Assembly (NCBI GenBank): GCA_964610975.1
Contig: CAZSYN010000003.1
Coordinates: 195,955 to 259,954, forward strand
From: an uncultured Phycisphaeraceae bacterium
Lineage (GTDB): Bacteria > Planctomycetota > Phycisphaerae > WQYP01
DNA length: 64,000 nt
Direction: 5' to 3'
Of this stretch, positions 17,950-25,922 are shown in pieces (position 1 is the first letter of the stretch; each line of letters opens with the position of its first letter). A program made the translations under genes and the position numbers. Under the pieces are notes generated by a model. The model worked only from the letters and a program-made list of their open reading frames with translations, was not told the DNA's origin and did not search any database.

Positions 17950-20900
17950 TCAGGCCAGCAGAAGTTCGCTGCCATCGCCCTTAGCATTAACCTTATTGAG
18001 AAGGCTTGTGCCAAGCACGGTCTTGACGTTATTACCCGCGGTGGCAAAGTCACCGTCAGGGCCGGCCGAGTAACCGGCCGAAATCGTGCTGCCGTTGATC
18101 AAGCCGTTATTACGGTTACCGTTAACCGTGATCGTATTGATGCTGCCGTAGAAAAGCGTGCCATTGCTGCGAAGCGCATTGATCTCCGCCGGAGTGGCAA
18201 GCGGAGTCAGGTCAGAAACCACAGTCTGAGTATCAGCAAAGGCAAGGGCAAGGCCGCTTGATATGGAGCTGTTATCCATCACACCGCTAATACTCGCCGA
18301 TGTGATATTGCCGCTTGCCGCAATCACGGAATCAGCCACAAGGCCACGAACATTCAGCGTCGCCAGATTTGCCAACGCCTGAGAACCCGTCCCGCTGACA
18401 CCAACCTGAATCAGCGAATTGCGAACATCCCCATTGACCGTCATTGTGGAAACATTTCCACCGGCAAGGATCACGCCGCCGGTCATGCTCTTGGCGCTGA
18501 AATTGGTAATATTGCCATTGGTACTCAGCGAACCATCAAAGGCCTTGCTGAATGTACCTGACGTGAGCGTACCGATCATAAAGATTACCGAGCCGGCGGC
18601 AACATTACCGGCTACAGTCAATGAGGCGTTGCCCGCCAAGCTTATCGTTGAATTATTACCAATGCTGCCGAAGTCTTTGCTGATGTTAACGGTAGTGAGC
18701 GTACCAGTTCTTCCGGCTACAAGATCGCCATCCATATTACCTGATATGGTGATCTTATTAAGATCATTGGTCTGAATTTCAGCGGTATCGGCCACATTAC
18801 CAGTGATGGTAATGGTGGTTGTTTTTCCTGTATTACGAATAAGAGCACCAGCCAGCACGTTGCCGCGAATAGTCATGGTACCAACATTACCACCGACAGT
18901 GATGTCTGAATCGCCCAGGTTCTTCGCAATCGTCAGCGTAGTAAGATCGCCGGTCACTCCGAGCGTCGTGCCATCATTAACGCCGCCGTTGATGTTGATC
19001 GTACCGGCATTACCGCCGACGATGATAGCATCGTTCTGGCCGAGACCCGTTGTGCCGGAAACCGTCAGCGATGTCAGAGCACCGGCGATATCAAGCGTCA
19101 CGTCATCCGCAATATTGCCGACAACGCGAATCGTTCCCGCATTACCATCAACATTGATCACTGAGCCTTGTCCGATACCCGCAGCGCCGGAAACAGTCAG
19201 CGTGGTGAGATTGCCGGTCACATCAAGAACGGAATCATTTGCCATAACGCCAGCGATATTGATTGTGCTGGCGTTGCCGCCAATGGCGATACGCGAATTT
19301 GTTCCCAGACCAGCCGCCCCGAGCAGGTTCAGCGATGCAGTCAGGTTACCCACGATGGCGATTCTTGAACCAGTGACCATTGCGCCCGTGATACTAATTG
19401 TGCCGGCGTTACCGCCAACACTGATCACATCATCCTGGCCGATGCCCGCCGCACCCGAGACCGTCAAGGTATTCAGGTTGCCCGTTACGCCAATGGACGA
19501 ATCACTATCAATCGCGCCGCTGATGCTGATCGTTCCGGCATTGCCCGCAACGCTGATGATATCCTGCTGGCCAAGACCCGTGCGGCCAGAGATCGTCAGT
19601 GATGTCAGGTCATTGCCGAATATGAATCGCACGTCATTTGCCACATTACCCGATACGCGCACGTTGCCGGCCTTGCCGTCCACATTCACGCGTGTACCCT
19701 GGCCGATGCCCGTTGATCCGGACACCGTTAGCGATGTCAGCGCGCCGGAAATATCCAGCAATGCGTTCGTACCAATGTTACCTGTGATGTTGATCGTTCC
19801 GGCGTTACCGCCGACGCTGATCGTGTCATCACCTACACCGGCCGCGCCAAGTATGCTCAGCGTCGTCAGGTTGCCGGTCACATCAATCGTCGAGTTATCC
19901 GCCATCGCGCCGCTGATGCTGATCGTTCCGGCGTTGCCCGCAACACTGATGATATCCTGCTGGCCAAGACCTGTGCGGCCGGAGATCGTCAGCGATGTCA
20001 GGTCATTGCCGAATATGAATCGCACATCATTGGCCACATTACCCGATACGCGCACGTTGCCGGCCTTGCCGTCCACATTCACGCGTGTACCCTGGCCGAT
20101 GCCCGTTGATCCGGACACCGTTAGCGATGTCAGCGCGCCGGAAATATCCAGCAATGCGTTCGTACCAATGTTACCTGTGATGTTGATCGTTCCGGCGTTA
20201 CCGCCGACGCTGATCGTGTCATCACCTACACCGGCCGCGCCAAGTATGCTCAGCGTCGTCAGGTTGCCGGTCACATCAATCGTCGAGTTATCCGCCATCG
20301 CGCCGCTGATGCTGATCGTTCCGGCGTTGCCCGCAACACTGATGATATCCTGCTGGCCAAGACCTGTGCGGCCGGAGATCGTCAGCGATGTCAGGTCATT
20401 GCCGAATATGAATCGCACATCATTGGCCACATTACCCGATACGCGCACGTTGCCGGCCTTGCCGTCCACATTCACGCGTGTACCCTGGCCGATGCCCGTT
20501 GATCCGGACACCGTTAGCGATGTCAGCGCGCCGGAAATATCCAGCAATGCGTTCGTACCAATGTTACCCGTGATGTTGATCGTTCCGGCGTTACCCGCAA
20601 CGCTGATGATCTCATTCTGGCCAAGACCGTTGCGGCCAGAGATCGTCAACGAAGTCAAGTCACCACCGAAGTTGAATGCAACATTATCATCAACATCACC
20701 CGCTACGCGGACAGTGCCGACATTGCCGGTCACTGCCAGGTTCGTATAGGTTCCGACATCACCGTTGATAGTCAATGTGCCAAGTGTGCCGGAGATCGTG
20801 GTAACAAAATAATTGACAAGTGTACCGTCAAGGATGCTTCCGCCGACGGTCATATTCGTGAGGTTCTTCGCGCTGATGCTGCCGCTGGCACCCAGGTTAC

Positions 20901-23900
20901 CCGCATTGGTGCGCGAACCTTTTGTAACATTGATGTTGGTAATGGTGCCTTGAAGCGCGCTGATATCGCCGTTCATGTAGCCGTTGTTCACAATGATGCC
21001 GGCGATATTACCGTTCGTGCTTGTAATAGAACCGGTCAGGTCGCCATTGGTGATGGTGATCGTTCCGATATTCTGAGCAGCCGCAAGCGTACCGGAGAAG
21101 TTATTGCCGCCAGGTGTTGTGCCGCTGAGAGTCAGCGTGCCAAGCGAGCCGCCAACAACAATATCGCCGCTCATCGCGGCCGTGGCGCCGTTGATGGTAA
21201 AGGTTGTCAGGTTGCCGGTAACCGTCACATCGCCCGAAACCGGGCCGTTGATCGTGGCTGTTTTCAGATTGCCATCAACAGTCAATGTACCGAGCAAACC
21301 GTTTTTATTGATGACCAGAGAGCCGACATTGCCGTGAACTTCAAGGGTGCTTGCCGCGCCGATACCCTGGGCAATTGTAAATGCGCCATTGATATCGCCG
21401 TCAATTTCAAAGCTGGCCGCGGCATTCAACGCGCCATAAATGGTGATGCTGCCGGCGGCCACAGAACCGAGCAATTCAACTGTACCGGTCACATTGCCTG
21501 TAAAATTAGGCAGATTCTGTCCAAAAGTCAGGCTGTTGACAAGCCCCTGGGAAATCAAGGTACCAGCAAAGCTTCCCGTGACATTAAAGGTGCCGATGTC
21601 GCCGCTGTTACCCTTTGCCCAGAAGAGCGAGGTAGCATCAACATTTCCCTTGATCAGAACCGAGTTGAGGCGACCGGCGACCTCAATGTCCACGCCTGTC
21701 GTATTGCCATTGACAGTCAGGCCCGCCAGCGTACCAGTGATAAGTTTCAGAGCGCTAAGGCTGCTGCCGCTGGTAATTGTGCCGACAGAGTTAACAAAGT
21801 TGAATGTCGTATTGCTGATGCCGTATGCGGAAATATTGCCGCAATCAAGACCACCGAACTCAGATTCAGTGATCATGCCGGAGGTCGCCAAGTGGTAAGA
21901 GTTCACGTAAGAAGTGAGTTCAGCAACTACTCTTGCCGAATAATTGGCAGGGTTCAGAGCTTTGCCATTGTTGGTCGTCGTCAGCGAACCGACTTTCATG
22001 CCGCTGAAGTCCACACCGCAAATGCCATAGCCTCCGGCGGAAACGCTCTTGAGAACGCCGTCAGCCAGACTACCGATAGAAACTCCAATAATACCAAATC
22101 CGTCAGCCGACACAGTGATCGTGCCAATATCCGCGCCGGCAATCCACGAACCGATGATGCCGCCCTTGCCGGTAATATTGATACTCTCAATTTCATAATC
22201 AACGTTTGCGACACCTATGCCATCAGCGTCCGGCAGAGTGATTTGGGACGCATCATAACGCGACATGGCAAAATCAGAGAGAACCGCCACGGTGGCATCC
22301 ACAATTGAGCCACCATTGGTCAGCGTGATATTCTTGATTTTGTTCTTTGAGACCACCACACCACGGATATCCGCGTTGTTACCTGTGATGTTGTAGATGG
22401 TGCCGCCCACAAACAGGCCGCACTGGGCATAAACGCCATCGCCGGCCGAAGCGATACCCTCGCCAATGTTGATTGAGTAAAGACCGCCGGTAATCATGAT
22501 CGGCGCGTCAAGACCTTCAAAGACAAGCGGATTGTCTTTGTTATCCGGATTGAGCGAAATAGTACCGACTGATCCGGTCGCAATGATGGCGCCGCAGGTC
22601 TTGGCAACAGAAAGCGTCCCGATGCTGCCTGCCAGCACACCATTATGCTGCTTATAGAACGGATAGCTATTTGAAATTACATCGCCCTGATCAAGACTGA
22701 CGCCCGTGAATGTGCCATAGGCAACACCCAAGTTGCCGCTGGTGGTCAGAGCGCCAATATCTTTGGCGTTGATGTTGACGATATCGCCGCCGGTCGTATT
22801 GCTAATGGTATTGATGACGCTGCCGGTTCCGGTGATTTTGAAGACATCCGTGCGGAAGCTGCCGCCGATTGTAATGGAATTGTAAGTATTGGTGGTAACA
22901 GTGCCGTCAGTATTACGAACGCGTGAAGGCGGATTGTAATTAAAGCCATTGGCATCAGCCTGAAGCGCAGCGCCAGAGCTGGTCATAATGATTTCGCCGA
23001 TTTCGGCAGTCTGTCCGACGTTGTTATTGCCGGAAGTTGACGTCACATTCAGGCCAATAGCATTGGTTTCCACGCGAATAATGGCCGAGCCACCCGCGCC
23101 GTAGATGCCGTATGTCCAGATGCTCAAGGTTGCGCCGGCAAGGGGATCGGCAACCACTGTTGAGAAGGTGATTTTAGCACCGGAATCATCATTGATAGCC
23201 GGAATTTTGTCCGTGCCCACGACATAGGTGATGCCGCCAAGATTTGAAGTCTGGCCTCGGTTAAACGCAACATCCTGATAGACCCAGCTTGTGGTATTCA
23301 GGTGTATATAGCGGACATTACCGCCTGTGTTGGTGGTAATACGCGGGCCGCCGCCGTTGAGGGTACCAAAGTCACCGGTCACTTCAATCAGATCAATGAT
23401 GCCGTCGCGTCCGATATTGTCCGTATTGACAGAGAACTGCGTATCAGCAGTGCCCATCGTCATCTGGCCGGCGCGGATAATGCCAATGGAGGTGGTGGTG
23501 AAATAACGTCCACCCATTTCGCCGCCGCTGGCAAGAGTCTCAATGTTGCCGCCAGCACGGATATAGGCGCCCATGAAGCTGCCGGTCGCCTGAACCAGGC
23601 CAACCTTGCCGCTGACATCCATCACTGGACCATATTCAATAGCTCTGATATCGCCATTCACATACAACCGACCGATGGTGCCGCCGACCACCGCGCCAAG
23701 ATCACCGGCGGTGACCTTAATGGCAACACCATTAAGTTTTACGACATTGCGCTGAGTGATATCCAGGTATTGGCTGCCATAGTAATAGGTATCATAGTTA
23801 TACGCACCAAGGTAGGTGTAGCTGATACTAAGAATGGCGCCGCCGGCCACAATTGCACCGACATTACCGGTGGTAAACACAAAACCGCCGGACTGTTCAT

Positions 23901-25557
23901 CAACAGTGCCGGTATCCGCCGCCAGATCTTCCGTATCGCCGTCATTGTTCAGATCAACGGCTTCGCTTTGAATGGCAATATCGCCGCCGACGCGGATACC
24001 ACCGATTGCCTGATCACCCAAGCCGCTGACAGTCAAGGTATATGTTGTATATCCCTGCTGGGTCGCATTGGTGCCGTCAAGCGTGTAGTCGCCGCTTGTA
24101 GCCAAAATGATGTAGTAAAGGCCGGGATTGGTTGCGGTATAGGTGATATCCGAACCATTGCGGCTGATGGCGACTACGCGGCGTTCAGAATCCATAATGC
24201 CGTAGTAACCATAATATCCGCCGCCGGCACTGACTGTAATCGTCTGGTTATTGGTCAAAGATACAGCATACACATCGCGATTATTGCCGGGACCATTACT
24301 TGCATTACTGATATTGCCTGAAATCGTCACGCTGCCGCTGGCAGAGCCGCCCAGGTAATAGGCGCTGTCAATTGAGTTATTGGCAAAGATATCTGTTGAG
24401 GTATAAGGCAGATAACCGGTCCTGAACAAATTCAACGCGTTGATATTGGGAGTTGCGGTTGCTCCGGCAGCATAGCCATTGGGATCTTCAAAAGCCCAAC
24501 TGGTGTTGGCCAAAGAAGGCGCCGCGGCATCGTGATCAACCGTCAACGACGCGGCCATCATGCCACCGACTTCAATGTTGCCGATCGTGCCACCAACATG
24601 AATATCCGTCGCGGTGTTATAGTAAAACGCATTTGAACTATCTGGCGGATAAGTAGTGAGATTCGTACCAATGCTGGTTTTGACCAGCAGGCTGCCAAGA
24701 TCGCCGGTAACTGAAAAATTATCGGTCTGAGTTGAGCCAAAACCGCGCACATCACCCGTAATCAGCCAGCCGCAATAGAACATGCCGATTGAACCGGCAA
24801 TATTCACCTGGCCAGTGACGGTGCCATCCACCATGATTTTGCCGATGGCTGTGCTATCATCCACTGTATCTGAAGTGACGTAAATACCAGCCTGAAAACC
24901 ACCTGCGTAATTGGTGTTAATCCATGTGGCAGTGCCGTTGGTATCATCAAGCCCACTTGTATCCGTGATCAGCGTGTTGCGCGGAACAATATTCGTAGCA
25001 TCACTCAGATAGCCAATGTAAACACTACCGGCTGCTGCGGGAGTTGCTGTTTTGAGGTCATTATCTTTGGTGTATAGTTCATAACCAGTGCCATAAAGAC
25101 TTGTACCGGAAATGGTCACGATGCAATTTTCAGTCGCATTCTTGATCACTATGGCATATAAATTTGATTTGGCATCCTGGAAGACATAGTCAACATTATC
25201 AATCTTAATTGTAGCTGTCCGTTTGGTCGGATCGCCGGCCGCAACAACATCAACGGCATCATTAAGATCAATCAGTTGCGTTCCGCCGGAATTGGCGAAA
25301 ACAAGATCCCATTCAAGATTGGTATTACCCGAATCCGTAACAGATACGGTAACGCCGTGGCCAGCGAGGTCGGTAAAGCGCACGAGACCATCGCCCTGAT
25401 AGGCCGACATCATCAGGCGAGGCTCCATCTCCTCAATGTATGCCTGATGCAAACGTGTATGCGTGTTTCGGTTAAGCAACTTGGCTGACAAAGCCTGGTT
25501 CGGAGCACAATAGCTATAACCCTTAAGGCAACGCCACAAACGATTCAAGATGTTCAC
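17950..25557 (-). CDS. Giant secreted repeat protein (about 2,500 aa) with an N-terminal LEPR-type motif, a PPC-like domain and beta-helix-like ~44-aa repeats
   Basis: One uninterrupted ORF. The N-terminus contains IEEMEPRLMMSA (LEPRxLLSA-like). A region NNRDVYAVSLTNNQTITV...GLYYIILATSGDY...YTLTVSG resembles a pre-peptidase C-terminal (PPC) domain. Hundreds of G(N/D)(I/V)-x-hydrophobic repeats follow. I prefer the GTG at 25557, preceded by GGAG, as the start. The track start 25626 is a TTG and the first ATG is at 25428. Confidence 0.85.
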   Translation of the reverse strand: MNILNRLWRCLKGYSYCAPNQALSAKLLNRNTHTRLHQAYIEEMEPRLMMSAYQGDGLVRFTDLAGHGVTVSVTDSGNTNLEWDLVFANSGGTQLIDLNDAVDVVAAGDPTKRTATIKIDNVDYVFQDAKSNLYAIVIKNATENCIVTISGTSLYGTGYELYTKDNDLKTATPAAAGSVYIGYLSDATNIVPRNTLITDTSGLDDTNGTATWINTNYAGGFQAGIYVTSDTVDDSTAIGKIMVDGTVTGQVNIAGSIGMFYCGWLITGDVRGFGSTQTDNFSVTGDLGSLLVKTSIGTNLTTYPPDSSNAFYYNTATDIHVGGTIGNIEVGGMMAASLTVDHDAAAPSLANTSWAFEDPNGYAAGATATPNINALNLFRTGYLPYTSTDIFANNSIDSAYYLGGSASGSVTISGNISNASNGPGNNRDVYAVSLTNNQTITVSAGGGYYGYYGIMDSERRVVAISRNGSDITYTATNPGLYYIILATSGDYTLDGTNATQQGYTTYTLTVSGLGDQAIGGIRVGGDIAIQSEAVDLNNDGDTEDLAADTGTVDEQSGGFVFTTGNVGAIVAGGAILSISYTYLGAYNYDTYYYGSQYLDITQRNVVKLNGVAIKVTAGDLGAVVGGTIGRLYVNGDIRAIEYGPVMDVSGKVGLVQATGSFMGAYIRAGGNIETLASGGEMGGRYFTTTSIGIIRAGQMTMGTADTQFSVNTDNIGRDGIIDLIEVTGDFGTLNGGGPRITTNTGGNVRYIHLNTTSWVYQDVAFNRGQTSNLGGITYVVGTDKIPAINDDSGAKITFSTVVADPLAGATLSIWTYGIYGAGGSAIIRVETNAIGLNVTSTSGNNNVGQTAEIGEIIMTSSGAALQADANGFNYNPPSRVRNTDGTVTTNTYNSITIGGSFRTDVFKITGTGSVINTISNTTGGDIVNINAKDIGALTTSGNLGVAYGTFTGVSLDQGDVISNSYPFYKQHNGVLAGSIGTLSVAKTCGAIIATGSVGTISLNPDNKDNPLVFEGLDAPIMITGGLYSINIGEGIASAGDGVYAQCGLFVGGTIYNITGNNADIRGVVVSKNKIKNITLTNGGSIVDATVAVLSDFAMSRYDASQITLPDADGIGVANVDYEIESINITGKGGIIGSWIAGADIGTITVSADGFGIIGVSIGSLADGVLKSVSAGGYGICGVDFSGMKVGSLTTTNNGKALNPANYSARVVAELTSYVNSYHLATSGMITESEFGGLDCGNISAYGISNTTFNFVNSVGTITSGSSLSALKLITGTLAGLTVNGNTTGVDIEVAGRLNSVLIKGNVDATSLFWAKGNSGDIGTFNVTGSFAGTLISQGLVNSLTFGQNLPNFTGNVTGTVELLGSVAAGSITIYGALNAAASFEIDGDINGAFTIAQGIGAASTLEVHGNVGSLVINKNGLLGTLTVDGNLKTATINGPVSGDVTVTGNLTTFTINGATAAMSGDIVVGGSLGTLTLSGTTPGGNNFSGTLAAAQNIGTITITNGDLTGSITSTNGNIAGIIVNNGYMNGDISALQGTITNINVTKGSRTNAGNLGASGSISAKNLTNMTVGGSILDGTLVNYFVTTISGTLGTLTINGDVGTYTNLAVTGNVGTVRVAGDVDDNVAFNFGGDLTSLTISGRNGLGQNEIISVAGNAGTINITGNIGTNALLDISGALTSLTVSGSTGIGQGTRVNVDGKAGNVRVSGNVANDVRFIFGNDLTSLTISGRTGLGQQDIISVAGNAGTISISGAMADNSTIDVTGNLTTLSILGAAGVGDDTISVGGNAGTINITGNIGTNALLDISGALTSLTVSGSTGIGQGTRVNVDGKAGNVRVSGNVANDVRFIFGNDLTSLTISGRTGLGQQDIISVAGNAGTISISGAMADNSTIDVTGNLTTLSILGAAGVGDDTISVGGNAGTINITGNIGTNALLDISGALTSLTVSGSTGIGQGTRVNVDGKAGNVRVSGNVANDVRFIFGNDLTSLTISGRTGLGQQDIISVAGNAGTISISGAIDSDSSIGVTGNLNTLTVSGAAGIGQDDVISVGGNAGTISITGAMVTGSRIAIVGNLTASLNLLGAAGLGTNSRIAIGGNASTINIAGVMANDSVLDVTGNLTTLTVSGAAGIGQGSVINVDGNAGTIRVVGNIADDVTLDIAGALTSLTVSGTTGLGQNDAIIVGGNAGTININGGVNDGTTLGVTGDLTTLTIAKNLGDSDITVGGNVGTMTIRGNVLAGALIRNTGKTTTITITGNVADTAEIQTNDLNKITISGNMDGDLVAGRTGTLTTVNISKDFGSIGNNSTISLAGNASLTVAGNVAAGSVIFMIGTLTSGTFSKAFDGSLSTNGNITNFSAKSMTGGVILAGGNVSTMTVNGDVRNSLIQVGVSGTGSQALANLATLNVRGLVADSVIAASGNITSASISGVMDNSSISSGLALAFADTQTVVSDLTPLATPAEINALRSNGTLFYGSINTITVNGNRNNGLINGSTISAGYSAGPDGDFATAGNNVKTVLGTSLLNKVNAKGDGSELLLA
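19511..20590. repeat. Near-identical 393-bp (131-aa) tandem repeat, about 2.75 copies, inside the giant CDS
   Basis: The string atcgcgccgctgatgctgatcgttccggc recurs at 19511, 19904 and 20297, giving a period of 393. Copies 2 and 3 appear identical by eye. The protein unit GNAGTINITG...DDTISVG repeats three times and is itself made of three ~44-aa sub-repeats. Confidence 0.9.
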
Positions 25558-25922
25558 ATGAGTCTCCGCACTACGACGTTCACTAATCTCAGAAGAACTT
25601 AAATAAGCACAGAAAAATGAGAGCAAGATCGCCCGACAAGGCTATCTTGATGTGTTGAACTTAAGTAGTTTCGACAACGTCCAGATAATTGTCAAGAAAA
25701 CCGGAATATTTTCCTGAAAGCATTTATTGAGATCTTAATACTTGACATTCAACCGCCCACGACGGGCATAGTCATACGTGTAAACAACTACCTTATTAAC
25801 AGTATTTGTTGCTCAACATAACACCCTCAATAATAAATAAATCCCTCACCATTCATACAACATTGATACGAAATCATCATCAAGCACTTGCAGGAACAGG
25901 GATTAAGCCTGACGATAAGGGG

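Noticed and set aside
18419-24321. Large plus-strand ORFs inside the giant minus-strand gene: 18419..18775, 18803..20749 (648 aa), 20950..22308 (452 aa), 21104..21898 and 23302..24321 (339 aa).
   Set aside because: They lie antisense to one uninterrupted 7.6-kb ORF that has coherent repeat architecture. Their translations are P/V/S/L or A/G/R/I-rich mirror images of the repeat codons and have no motifs or RBSs. They are shadow ORFs.
25743-25780. A TTGACA hexamer upstream of polA considered as a sigma-70 promoter.
   Set aside because: No convincing -10 hexamer lies at 16-19 nt spacing. The lineage's promoter consensus is unknown, so this is too weak to annotate.
25806-25922. The track's N-terminal extensions of polA (25806), accC (54175), sod (50710), tsaE (50739), nrnA (46080), the GNAT gene (37229) and the SecA-like gene (15755).
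   Set aside because: In each case a downstream start reproduces the conserved family N-terminus, often with an RBS or a start/stop overlap. The extensions cross hairpins or intergenic repeats.
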